From Octopus sinensis (taxonomy: Eukaryota), in NCBI RefSeq assembly GCF_006345805.1, contig NC_043020.1:15128001-15192000 (forward strand): 64,000 nucleotides of DNA, in the 5' to 3' direction. This document shows, piece by piece, positions 50,571 to 63,779 of the stretch. Below the pieces are notes generated by a model. The model was not told the origin of the DNA and ran no database searches. It saw only the letters and a list, made by a program, of their open reading frames with translations. A program made the translations under genes and the position numbers. Positions within the stretch are counted from its first letter, which is position 1. The number at the start of each line of letters is the position of its first letter.

Positions 50571-51351
50571 TATATGTATATATATGTGTATATATATATG
50601 TATATATATATATGTATATATATATGTGTATATATATATGTATATATATATGTATATATATATATGTATATATATATATGTGTATATATATATGTGTATA
50701 TATAATGTGTATATATATATGTGTATATATATATGTGTATATATATGTATATATATATATGTATATATTATGTGTATATATATATGTGTATATATATGTG
50801 TATATATATTATGTATATATATAATGTATATTATATATATGTATATATATATATAATGTGTATATATATATGTGTGTATATATATATGTGTATATTATAT
50901 GTGTATATATATGTGTATATATATATGTATGTGTATATATATATGTGTGTATATATATATGTGTGTATATATATATGTGTGTATATATGTATGTATATAT
51001 ATGTGTGTATATATATGTGTGTATATATATGTGTGATATATATATGTGTATATATATAGTGTATATATATATGTGTATATATATGTATTATATATATGTG
51101 TATATATATATGTGTAATATATATGTGTATATATGTGTATATATATGTGTATATATGTTATATATATGTATATTATATATATATATATTTATGTATATAT
51201 ATATATTTATGTATATATATATATTTATGTATATATATTTATGTATATATATTTATGTATATATATGTATATATATATATGTATGTATATATATATGTAT
51301 GTATATATATGTATATATATATATGTATGTATATATATATGTATGTATATA

Positions 51352-53690
51352 TCTCGGATCACAACATGGTAGAGTTGACCATGTACGGGCCAAAGGAAAG
51401 CATGGACATGCAGTCTACAAGAAACTCTCAGAATCTTTCCAGCTTGAACTTCCATAAGGCAAACTGGAAACAAATTGAGAAAGAGATCCTCAAACAAAAC
51501 TGGCCTGAATGTCTCTCCTCACCAGACATCGACATGAAACTTCAACAATTCATGTCTGTAATGCAAGCCATATGCTACAAATGTGTCCCAAAGAGAAAGG
51601 TCACTATACACAGGAACAAAATCCCCAGAAAGAGGAAAATTCTAATGAGACGGCGTACAAAAGTTTCAAATTGCCTAAACAAACAAATTGAAAGCAGTGA
51701 AAATTCCTGCCTGAAAATAAAACTTGGAAATTGAAAAATGTCTGCAACTGTCCCATGAAAAAGAAAGAGCAGACAAAGAAGCCTGGGCTATAGACAACAT
51801 AAAATCTAATCCCAGAGCTTTCTACAGGTATGCCAAAAAAACAGCTATGGTGCACTGTAGGATAGAGCCACTCCTTGAAAATCCAATGAGGATAAGTGAA
51901 ATACTAAATGAGCAATTCAAGAGTATTTTCACTCCACCCCTAGGGTATTTTCAAGTCAGCAATCCAACTGACTTCTTTACCACTGCAGATATAAAATCAG
52001 AGGCAGCGATGTAATAGAGGCTATAGATGAAATGAAAACAAACTCAGCTGCTGGCCCCTATGGATTCCCAGAAATCCTTCTAAAAGTATGTAAGAGAGTC
52101 CTAGCAAGACCACTGCAGTTCCTCTTTCAGAGCTTCCTTGCAACTGGCAAACTTCCAAGAAAACTGAAGGAAGGTAAAATATGCCCTATTCATAAAGGAG
52201 GTAGCAGAGTGGAGGCCAAGAACTACAGACCTATCTCTCTGACCTCACACATCAGTAAGGTCATGGAATGAATAGTCAGAAGGAAACTAATCACCTTCCT
52301 TGAAGAAAATGACTTGCTGCCTGACACCCAACATGGTTTCCGACCAGGAAGAAGCTGCCTAACTCAGCTCCTACAACACTATGACTGGGTGCTGAAACAA
52401 CTGCTCAACCACTCAAATGTGGAAGTCATATATCTTGACTTTGCAAAGGCCTTTGATAAAGTCGATCATGGAATGATATGTCACAAACTGCATTATCTTG
52501 GCATAGTTGGAAAATTGGGAGAATGGCTTCATGACTTTCTGAAGGATAGAAGCCAGGTGGTAGTAGCCAATGGGGCCACTTCCATTAACACACAAATAGT
52601 GAGCGGTGTTCCGCAAGGCACTGTTTTGGGACCACTACTGTTCATAATGGCCCTCTCAGACTTGCCCTCAGCCACGCAGAGAGCCACGATCACAAGTTAT
52701 GCAGATGATACAAAAGTTTCACAGGCAATACAGAACCCTGAAGACACTATGCACCTGCAATGTGAGCTGGACAAAATATACAAGTGGGCTGAAAAGAATA
52801 GCATGCAGTTCAATGCTGAAAAGTTTCAAGCTTTATGCTATCAGCATGCAAAACTAAATGCAATACCCAATAAATACACTGGACCTGGAGGGATTGCAAT
52901 CCCAGAGGCACAATCAGTGCGAGACCTGGGTGTTTACATGAGTAATGATGCAACTTTTCATGTGCATGTTACTAAATTGGCAATGAAATGTAGGCGGCTG
53001 ACCAGATGGATTCTTAGAGCTTTTAGAACAAGAGACCAGGAAACCATGATGGTCCTCTGGAGGACACTTTTCCTAAGCCACTTTGACTATTGCTCTCAGC
53101 TATGGTCACCAACCAGTGTCAAATTAATCTCAGAACTTGAGGCAATCCAACGAAGCTACATGAAGAAGATAGCCTCTATGCAGCATATAAGCTATTGGGA
53201 AAGACTCAAGAGATTAAGACTCTATTCCTTAGAGCATAGGCGAGAAAGATATGCCATAATATACACCTTGAAGATCCTGGAAGGACTTGTCCCAAACTTT
53301 GGCATTGAGAGTTACACAAATAATAGAACTGGGCGCCACTGTATAGTGCCAAGGACTCCAAATTTGCCATCAAGATGTAGGACAAGATACTGCATTAGCC
53401 TCGGCTTCAGAGGTCCACAGCTCTTCAATATCCTCCCGAAGGACCTGAGAGACCTGCATGGGGTGGATGCAGATGTCTTCAAAATAAAGCTGGACCTCTT
53501 CCTGTCAGGTGTCCCAGATAAACCAACCTCACAGCAGGAGGTGCAGATGAGGGCAGCTGCATCGAACTCTCTCATGCACCAAATGTCAATTGCTAAAAAG
53601 CATTCGTGAAGTAAAATTATGTAGCAACACCGAATGGCGGTGCCCCAGCATGGCCACAGCTCGTGAGCTGAAACTAGATGAAATGAAAAA
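51352..53690 (+). mobile_element. CR1-like LINE (end of EN domain, RT, 3' UTR) with a few stops and frameshifts
   Basis: SDHNMV, NYRPISLTS, QHGFRPGRSC, LDFAKAFD, GVPQGTVLGP, YADD; ORF 52314-53609. Confidence 0.95.
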
Positions 53691-53729
53691 TATATATAAA
53701 TATACATATATATATATATATATATATAT

Positions 53730-54812
53730 TTACAGATTGGCTGAGGATAATAATATGCAGTTTTATGCTGAAAATTTCTAAGCCCTGTGCTACCAGTATC
53801 AAAAACTGAATATGAAACTTACAGGGTACACCGATCCACATGGACTTTCAATCCCAGAGCCTAAATCAGTGAGAGACCTGGGTATTGACATGAGTGATGA
53901 TTGAGAAACGTCCACATCAGTCTCTTGAAAAGGAGAGAGCAAAGAAAGAAACTTGGGTTATAGAAAATATATAGTCAAACACTAAAGCTTTAAGTTTGCC
54001 GAAGAAACAGCCTCAGTATGTCACAAGATTGGATCCCTCTTCCAAAAAGTGACTCCCTCACTGGAAACCCCGTGAGAGTAAGTGAAATACTGAATGAACA
54101 GTTCCAAAGTGTGTATAGTACACCACTGGGACACAGGCAAGTGAACAAAACAGCAGAATTCTTTATCACAATACCTAAACCCAAAGAGGTTGAAAGTACA
54201 TAAAGAGTGAAGAAGATGTAATACTGGCCATAGATGAGTTTGACACAAACTCAGTGGCTGGCCGGATGGATTTGCAGTGATCCTACTCAAATCATGCAAG
54301 CGAGCCCTTACAAAACCACTGCAGTTTCTCTTCCAGAACTTCCTTGCAAGTGGTATGCTCCCAGACAAACTGAAGGAAGGGATAATATGCCTTATCCATA
54401 AGAGAGGAAGCAGAGCAGATGCTAAAAATTCTAGGCCTATTTCTCTGACCTCACACATCAGTAAAATCATGGAATGAATAGTCTGCAAGAAACTTGACTT
54501 ACTGGCTGACACCCAGCATGGATTTCGTCCAGGAAGAAGCTGTCTGACACAGCTCCTGCAACACTACAACTCGGTGTTAAAACAACTGCTGAATGACTCA
54601 AGCGTGGATGTGATATACCTCAATTTTGCAAAACAGTTGACTTCGGTCAACTGCACAATTTCAGCATATGTGGAAAACTTGGAGAATGGTTGCACAACTT
54701 TCTAAAGGAAAGATGTCAGGCAGTAGTAGTGGCCAAGGGATCCACCTCCAAGGAAACACAAATAGCAAGTGGTGTTCCATAGGCCACTGTCTTGGGGCCA
54801 CTGCTATTCATA
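53730..54812 (+). mobile_element. Degenerate CR1-like fragments in scrambled order
   Basis: A post-YADD piece (53730-53900) precedes a pre-RT piece (54000-54812) that ends at GVP*ATVLGPLLF. Confidence 0.85.
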
Positions 54813-55520
54813 GAGGCCCAGTTTGACTTGTGTAAATTCATGTTATCAAATTGGTGTACTGGAGTTAGTGATTTATGCAAAATTTTTGGATGTTGAAGAT
54901 TGAGGTTACAGAGTACTATGTCATGATCGGAGAGGAGGGTTCTTTCCACTGTGATGTTATGAATAGTGTTAGCATGTCTGCTTAGCACTAAGTCCAAGAC
55001 ACTTGGGTTATTTTTGGTTGGTTCATGGACAAGCTGTAACAAGAAAAAATTATCCATAAATTTAAAAAGTAACTCCGCTGCTGCTTTGTCTGAGCTTGAG
55101 ATGAAGGTTCCAGGTCTAACAATATTAGTAGACCAATCTACAGAGTGTAGGTTGAAGTCACCCATCATCAGAATATTTCCTGGGTTACATTGCAGGAGGA
55201 AAGATTTGATCTTCTCAAGGCATTCTTGGAATGACAATCATGTAGGTGGGTCTCAGGACAAAGAAATGGATTGGATGTGAGTGTGCTGCAATCCATCCCT
55301 TGATGTAGAGTATTTTCCATTTTTGAGCCTTGATGACTGGGTTGATACCTTTGGCATAAAGGAGGAATGTTGTTGTTAAGGCAGCAGCTTCTTTGCATTT
55401 CTTCAATATCTGCACATTATGTTTGTTGTTATTGTTGCTACTCAGTGGCAGTAGCAAGGGTGCTTTTTGCCTTGGGTTGGGAGCAGAGGTTGAATACTTC
55501 TCTGGATTTCTTTTGCCAGG
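54813..55520 (-). mobile_element. CR1-like APE endonuclease fragment, inverted
   Basis: MGDFNL..VDW, QLVHEPT..VLDLVL, LSDHDIV. Confidence 0.88.
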
Positions 55521-56086
55521 TTCAATGTGCTGTTATCTAATGTCCAGTTTAATACTCAGTGTGACACTGACGGATAAAATCAGTTACAATGAATATACAT
55601 AATCCTGTACACTTTCATTAATATCAATATGTGTGTGTGTGTGAAAGTAAAATGATGATAATGATGATATAACTGGTTGTGTATATATTTTTTCTGTAAT
55701 ATTGAAATACAAGTCATACAGGTTAAGAAACACTGGCTTACAGTATTTATATAATTATTGAACTTTGTAACCTTATTTTGTCTTTCAATGTAATATTTTT
55801 CTCATGAGGAATGTTTCCAGAGTGTCTGAGAAATATGTAGAAAGGTAGCTTTTCAGTGAGTTGATTATTGGAGCAAGTTGACATAACAATCTCTTATCAA
55901 ATATTAGACATCTGCTTAAAAACCTTATCTATATTGTGTATGGAAGTTACTCCTTTATTGACAAATTGTCAAGGAGAAATTTCATTGCTGAATAGGTAAA
56001 CACTCCCACAGGAATTTCTTTTGAAAGCAAAAGAATGTTTAATATCTATCTATCTATCTATCTATCTATCATCTATCTATCTATCT

Positions 56087-56162
<76 letters not shown>

Positions 56163-56168
56163 ATATAT

Positions 56169-56202
<34 letters not shown>

Positions 56203-56300
56203 AAATATTAGAGAATAAATCCAAACTTACAGGGAAAAATCCGATTTAGGATTAAATCCAATTTTATAGTATAATATATTATATTATATTATATTATATT

Positions 56301-56551
56301 ATATTAAATTAGAGATAAAACCACTATTAGGCAAATCAAACAGTGAAAAACATAAACCAGTACATAAAATTAATTTATATTATTTTAAATATATATCAAC
56401 AGTATTAAAAGTTTAATAAAAGATCTTTTATTAAACTTTTAATACTGTTGATATATATTTAAAATAATATAAATTAAATTAATTTTATGTATTGGTTTAT
56501 GTTTTTCACTGTTTGATTTGCCTAATAGTGGTTTTATCTCTAATTTAATAT
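56301..56551. repeat. Near-perfect spacer-less palindrome centred on AGATCT (56421-56426)
   Basis: About 125-bp arms; the right arm has a short extra ttaaa. Confidence 0.92.
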
Positions 56552-56583
56552 AATATCATATATATAATATATATATATATATA

Positions 56584-57410
56584 TATAATAATAAGAGTAA
56601 ATAATTTCTATAAAGGCTTTTAAAAAAACCCCAATTATTTACTGGTAGAATTCGGTATGTAAATATAGCCGATTACCGCCAGGAACTTCTGTAAAGTTCA
56701 GTATATATATTGTATATAAGAAAAAGGGACAGGCAAACAGGTTGCTTGACTGCATACCGAAAAAATAGAAATAGCAGTCAAGAATGCTTATTTCTATCAA
56801 AGTTGGACTCCGGGCACGACAAACCCTGTAATTCACATTTTTTCTTATATACAATATATATACTGAACTTTACAGAAGTTCCTGCCGGTAATCGGCTATA
56901 TTTACATACCGAATTCTACCAGTAAATAATTGGGGTTTTTTTAAAAGCCTTTATAGAAATTATTTACTCTTATTATTATATTACTATTTGGATTTTTCAC
57001 TCCATTATGACAACCCAATAGTTCCCAATCTTATAGAACTATTTTTGTAGTGCGCATGGCAGAATTTTGGAGGGAAGATTTACGAATTCAAACGTCTATG
57101 TAGGTTTAGCTTTTGCTCACTTTCTTCAAATATTTTGATGTCGCATGGTCAGAAGGTTTGAGGTACGTAGCATTTGATAAATCTATGATAAATCTTTTTC
57201 AATGGAAAGCTGTGCTGAAGAAGGATGTGAAATATATATGCAATGTATATGAAATATATATCAAAAATATATATGAAATATATATTCAATATGTTTATAA
57301 TCCAGAAACATGATGTTCACAGATAACCGCCAGACTTCGTTTTCATTATCTATTCCTTCTGTTTTGCATATGTGAATTACAGGGTTTGTCGTGCCCGGAG
57401 TCCAACTATA
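56584..57410 (-). mobile_element. Probable Penelope-like remnant with nested inverted repeats
   Basis: 56584-56725 inverts 56838-56980 and 56795-56837 inverts 57370-57410; internal peptide LLQHSFPLKKIYHRFIKC resembles the PLE linker. Confidence 0.5.
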
Positions 57411-57632
57411 TATATATATTTCTTTACTACCCACAAGGGGCTAAACACAGAGGGGACAAACAAGGACAGACAAAGAGATTAAGTCGATTATATCGACCCC
57501 AGTGCGTAACTGGTGCTTAATTTATCGACCCTGAAAGGATAAGTCGACCTCGGCGGAATTTGAACTCAGAACATAACGGCAGACGAAATACGGCTACGCA
57601 TTTCGCCCGGCGTGCTAACGGTTCTGCCAGCT

Positions 57633-57920
57633 CTCATCTGGCACCTGTGTCGGTGGCACATAAAAACACCATCCGAGCGTGGCCGTCTGCCAGCCTCGTC
57701 TGGCACCTGTGTCGGTGGCACATAAAAACACCATCCGAGCGTGGCCGTCTGCCAGCCTCGTCTGGCACCTGTGTCGTGGCACATAAAAAACACCATCCGA
57801 GCGTGGCCGTCTGCCAGCCTCGTCTGGCACCTGTGTCGGTGGCACATAAAAAACACCATCCGAGCGTGGCCGTTTGTCAGCCTCGTCTGGCACCTGTGTC
57901 GGTGGCACATAAAATCACCC
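57633..57920 (+). repeat. Five tandem copies of a roughly 60-bp unit within an RTE 3' UTR
   Basis: tctggcacctgtgtcggtggcacataaaaacaccatccgagcgtggccgtctgccagcctcg repeated. Confidence 0.9.
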
Positions 57921-59585
57921 ACTACACTCTCGGAGTGGTTGGCGTTAGGAAGGGCATCCAGCTGTAGAAACACTGCCAGATCTGACTGGACTGGTGCAGC
58001 TTTCGGGCTCCCCAGACCCCAGTTGAACCGTCCAACCCATGCTAGCATGGAAAGCGGACGTTAAATGATGATGATGATGATATATAGTGAGCCTCATGGA
58101 GGCAAGGACTGAAACCATTTGCCATGCTTTGAGTGTTGGGCCTCTCAGAGGCTATTACAGAGTGCATTTGGTGTTATGCTGTGCTTAAGAAGATGAATTA
58201 AACCAAGTAAAACTGCAGTCATAGCAGATACTGGTGTCACGCAAATGGTACTTGTGGCATGTAAAAGCACCCATTACACTCTTGGTGTGGTTGGATTTTG
58301 GTACAGCCTTCCAGCTTGCCAGCCGTAGTCAATCTGTCCGACCCATGCCAGCATGGACAGCAGATGTTAAATGATTATGATGAGGAATTAGTAAATTCAC
58401 TCAGTAATTAGTAAAGGCTATACCAAGTTTATCTTGGGCACTAGTTTCCTACCCAAACAAGTGTTGGTCTAATTTTGAAAGGGGTCACAAAAGTAGAATC
58501 TTATTAATATTGAAAATAAAATGTGTATATATATATATATATAATAACAAAATAATATATAAACATATGCATATATACATACATATATGTACATACCTAC
58601 ATCTATATGTATCTATACATGCATATATGGGTACAGGATACCAAAACAATGTTGAACACAATGAGAAATGAAAACATAAAAACAAAAATATGGAAACAGA
58701 CTTCTTTTCAAACAACGAAAAAACAGAGTACAAACATACAACACAAGGAATATTCCCCTTCTTCACTTGTCCCTGTTTCGGCTACTCCGCGTTTCGAAGG
58801 TAAGGACAAGACGCGACTTCGTTGAAACAGTCCTTCCCGCAAAACAAATTAAATAAAATTTGAGATTTTTTGCGGAGGGGTAAAAATGGTGACAAGAACG
58901 GGACAGTAAAACCAATGCAAATAAAAACAGTAAAAGACAGGACAAGGAGAATAACACAGTAGAAACAAACGATGAGGGTTGTTAAGTCGAGACGATGGAA
59001 AAATTATTTTGGACGCATTTTTTTCCAATCATGCCAACTCTGATGAGCAGACTATATCGTGCAAGTGGTGCTGTTATCTAATGCACAGTTTAATACCCAG
59101 TGTGAAACTGACTGATAAGATGAGTTACAATGGATATATATAATTCTGTACACTTTGATTAATATGAGTGTGTGTAAAAGTAAATGTTAAAATGATGATG
59201 ATATAACTGGTTGTATATATGTTTTTTTCTGTAATATTGAAATACAAGTCATACAGGTTGAGAAACACTGGCTTACAGTATTTATATAATTATTGAACTT
59301 TGTAAACTACCAAGTCTTTCAATGTAATATTTTTCTCATGACAAATGTTTTTAGAGTGTCTGAGAAATATGTAGAAAGGTAGCTTTTCAGTGAGATGACT
59401 ATCGGAGCAAGTTAACATAACATTCTCTTATCAAATATTAGACATCTGCTTAAAAACCTTATCTATATTGTGTATGGAAGTCACTCCTTTATCAACAAAT
59501 ATATTCATTGTCAAGGAGAAATTTCATTGCTGAATAGGCAAACACTCCGTTTGAATTCCGTTTGAAAACAAAGGAATGTTTTTTT

Positions 59586-59643
<58 letters not shown>

Positions 59644-59846
59644 GGCCTCATGGAGGCAAGGACTGAGACTGTTTGGCATTATACCATGCTTTGAGTGTTG
59701 GGCCTCACAGAGGTAATGACCGAGTCCATTTGGCGTTATGCCGTGCTTGAGAAGAAGACCCATAAATCAAGTAAAACTGCAGCCTTGCAGATACTGGTGT
59801 CACGCAAATGGTACTTGTGGCATGTAAAAGCACCTGTTACACTCTT

Positions 59847-61165
59847 AGTTAGTTAGTTAGTTAATTAGTTAATTTGGCTCGAAAGCAAATAGCAAGGCTA
59901 TGTAGGGGGACATGGAGTTAAGTACAGGGTGGTGTTCATGTAAAGAGTTCAGGCCACTTGAGGTCAAGGGAGGCTTTGAACAAAGAGGTCATCGGCATCT
60001 TCACCATCTCGTCTGGCAGCTTGTTCCACAGATCCACAACGCGGACGGAGAAAGCTCCTCTCCTTCGATTGAGATGAAATCGTCGCAGATAGAGCTTTTC
60101 GGAATGACCCCGCAGCCGACGCTCTGGAGCAGGAGTGAAGAACAGCTCTTTCGAGAGGTTACACTTTCCGCTTATGATGTAGGCGAGAATGAGATCACCA
60201 CGGCGGCGGCGTTTTTCTAGAGAATAAAGGTCGAGCGTCCTCAGCCTTTCTTCATAGGACAAATTTTTGAGACCATGAACCATGCGGGTAGCCAGCTTCT
60301 GGACTCTTTCGAGATGCTGTATGTCTTTGAGGAGATAAGGAGAAGAGGCTTGAATCCCGTACTCCAATATGGGTCTCACCAGCGTGACATAGAGTGGTAG
60401 GAATATGGCTGCTGTGAGCATTCCGAATGACCGTCGAATCAAGAACAGAATTCCGCATGCTTTGTTGGCAGCATGGACGCACTGGGCCGAAGGCGAAAAG
60501 GAGGAATCCACCAAGATACCCAGGTCCTTTACCTGATCGGTCCTCTCCAGCAGCAGACGACCCGGCTCGAAATCAAGTTGAGTTGCAGGAGGAGAGCCAA
60601 CAGGCAGATGACAGCACTTTGACACATTCAGACACAGGTTCCATTCGTTAGACCACCTCCAAATTTGGTGGAGGCATCGACGAAGATCCTCTATATCACC
60701 GCGAGGAGCGACCAGTTTGATATCGTCAGCAAATAGAAGGGTGTGTTGCGTGAGGTCATCGGGCAAGTCATTTATGAAGACTAAGAACAATAAGGGCCCA
60801 AGCACTGAACCTTGAGGCACGCCACTGCTCGCACTGGAGACGTCGGACCGTGAACCATTAACTTGGACTTGGAAGGAGCGATCTGAGAGGAAGGCACCAA
60901 CTCATCGTACAATATCCGGATGGAAACTATATGCTTGAAGCTTGACAAGTAATAGGCGGTGGTTTACCGAGTCAAAAGCTTTGGCAAAGTCCAATAAAAC
61001 GATGTCAACAGCATCACTATCATCACAATTCTTCCATTACCAGTAAGTTGGTCAAGCATGATCTCTTCGGCATGAAGCCATGTTGGGAATCAGAGATAGA
61101 GGCTGTGTTTTGGAGGTGGAGCATCATACTTTTCTTAAGGATGGTTTCGAACATCTTGCTGATTA
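59847..61165 (-). mobile_element. 5'-truncated CR1-like LINE, GC-rich, with (AACT)n tail
   Basis: QHGF, VPQGSVLGP, FADD, VKDLG, RPILEY, RRRGDLILAY, WNKLP; ORF track 59936-60820. Confidence 0.95.
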
Positions 61166-61612
61166 TTGATGTAAGTGGTTGGTGTCTGGTGCAGCCTTCC
61201 AGCTTGCCAGCCCAGGTCAATCTCTCCAACCCATGCCAGCATGGACAGCAGATGTTAAATGATGATAATGATGAATTCTTAAATTCACTCAGTAATTAGT
61301 ATAGGCTATACCAAGTTTATCTTGGGCACTAGTTTCCTGCCAAAACAAGTGTTGGTCTAGTTTTGAAAGTGGTCACAAAAGTAGAATTTTACTAACATTG
61401 AAAATAAAATGTGTGGCTGTATGGTAAGAAGCTTACTTCCCAACCACGTGGTTATGGGTTCAGTCCCATTGTGTGGTACTTTGATGATGAATATATATAT
61501 ATATAATAATAATAATAATAATATGAGAGAATATTATTCCAAACTTACAGGGAAAAATTCAATTTAGAAATACTAAATCAAATTTCACAAAATATAATAT
61601 ATATATATATAT

Positions 61613-61914
61613 AACTCCACCTTTTATCAATTCAATAATGAAAAATTAAATTATACCACTTAGAAAAATTACATATTATAGATAGATTATATATAAGATA
61701 AAACATATAACAATGATTAAGTAATGTGCAAAATAGTAAATAAATTGTATATTTTTTGGTATATGTACCAAAAATATATACGTTTTATTTACTATTTTGC
61801 ACATTACTTAATCATTGTTACATGTTTTATCTTATATTTAATCTTTCTATAATATGTAATTTTTCTAAATGGTATAATTTAATTTTCCATTATTGAATTG
61901 ATAAAAGGTGGGTT
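61613..61914. repeat. Fold-back palindrome centred near 61765, about 150-bp arms; a related arm lies near 862-960
   Basis: aactccaccttttatcaattcaataat... mirrored by ...attattgaattgataaaaggtgggtt. Confidence 0.9.
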
Positions 61915-61923
61915 TTTTTTCTA

Positions 61924-61954
<31 letters not shown>

Positions 61955-61957
<3 letters not shown>

Positions 61958-63720
61958 TCATCATCATCATTTAGCGTCCGTTTTCCATGCTAGCATGGGT
62001 TGGACGGTTCAACTGGGGTCTGTGAAGCCGGAAGGCTTCATCAGGCCCAGTCAGATCTGGCAGTGTTTCTACGGCTGGATGCCCTTCCTAACGCCAACCA
62101 CTCCGTGAATGTAGTGGGTGCTTTTTACGTGCCACCCTCACAGGTGCCAGACAGAGCTGGCAAACGGCCACGAACGGATGGTGCTTTTACGTGCCACTGG
62201 CACGGGGGCCAGGCGAGGCTGGCAATGGACACGAACGGATGGTGCTTTTATGTGCCACCGGCACGGGGGCCAGGCGAGGCTGAACCTTGGTGGACCCCAA
62301 CCTCTACCCTGAATTCTTCACTGTACTCGATGCTAACTCTCACCTTACTAGCAGCGTCTCTGTACATGGCTTGTACAGCTCTCACTAACCATTCATCTAT
62401 CCCTAGTTTCCTCATTGACCACCAGATAAGGGATCGGGGGACCCTGTCGAAGGCTTTCTCCATATCAACAAAAGCCAGGTATAGGGGCTTGTCTTTGGCT
62501 AGGTATTTCTCCTGCAGCTGTCTTACCAGGAAAATAGCATCAGTAGTACTTTTCCCTGGCACGAACCCAAACTGCATCTGATCTAGGCTAACTCTCTCTC
62601 TAATTAGTTGGGCTATAACCCTCTCCGTAACCTTCATTACCTGATCCAGCAGCTTGATACCCCTGTAGTTATTTGTATCTAGGGCGTCACCTTTACCTTT
62701 GTAGCAGTTGACTATTATGCTGTTACACCAGTCATTGGGTATGACTCCTTCGTGTATCACCTGGTTAACTATACGGGTGACTAGGCTATAGCCGACACTA
62801 CCAGATATTTTGAGCATCTCTGCAGTAATTCCTGATGGGCTTGGGGCTTTCCCTGTTTTCATGCTTGTAATTGCCTTAACTACTAAGGAACTGTCAACTC
62901 GGATTGCTGGTCCCTCTGTTGGGTCAACATTCGGCAGACTCTCTTTATCCCATTCATTTTCCTCATTCAGCAACCTTTCATAGTGGCGTCTCCAAACCTC
63001 TCTCTTTGCATCCTCATTTAGCGCATGTGAGCCGTCATCCGTGCAAACACATTTTTCTCCTACCACGTCACGATTCTCTCTCACACACTATCTTGCTATA
63101 CGAAATACCTCAAGTCTTTCATCCTCACGGCGCAGGACATTGGCAAATTTTTTCTTATCTGCTTCCCCTCTGGCTAAATACACCTGCCTCCTAGCTTCCC
63201 TTCTTGCAGTCTGATACACTTCCCTGCTACCACCGTTCTTCCAGTCCTTCCAAGCCTGTTTCTTTTGTCTAATAGCCCTGTCAACAGTGTTGTTCCACCA
63301 CCACGTTATTTTGGGTCTTGTGGGGACTTTGCACCAGCCACAGATCTGGTCAGTGACTTTCAGCAGGTTGTCCCTTAGAAGCGCCCAGTTATCTTCTACC
63401 CCATGTGTAGCTATACCCACTTCTATTTCGTCGAAGGCTTCAAGTAACATGTCTCTAAATCTCTGTCCATTTGCAGGGTCTTTAAGCTTCCAGACCCTTC
63501 TTTTCCATGTTGGTCGTCTTCTAGTCGTCCTCTTAGTCCTGATCCTAAAGTCACTGACTACCAGTCTATGTTGTGGGGTACATTCTTCGCCTGGGAAGGT
63601 TTTGGCATTTATAAGCAGCCATCTTTCCCTTTTTCTGGCAAGGATGTAGTCGATTTGGCTAGTATGCTGGCCCGAACGGTAGGTGACCAAGTGGCTTGTC
63701 GGTTTCCTGAAGTTAGTGTT
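61955..63720 (-). mobile_element. Internally deleted RTE LINE (end of EN, N-terminal half of RT, fused to 3' UTR) with (ATG)n tail
   Basis: QIDYIL, PQHRLVV, NYRGIKLL, QFGF, FVDMEKAFD, GVHQGS, then a direct junction to the UTR tandem units at about 62285. Confidence 0.92.
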
Positions 63721-63729
63721 ACCAATTAG

Positions 63730-63779
<50 letters not shown>

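Larger units (their letters stand above)
55520..61412. repeat. Old tandem segmental duplication (55520-58527 and 59070-61412)
   Basis: Collinear blocks: 55520-56040 with 59070-59580, and 58085-58527 with 59643-59846 plus 61166-61412. Confidence 0.85.

Noticed and set aside
58770-58850. GC-rich structured segment (CTGTTTC/GAAACAG, CGCGT/ACGCG, CGAAG/CTTCG) as a twister, pistol or hammerhead ribozyme
   Set aside because: No catalytic consensus can be mapped and the pseudoknot loop lengths are sterically poor; at most a highly decayed hammerhead.
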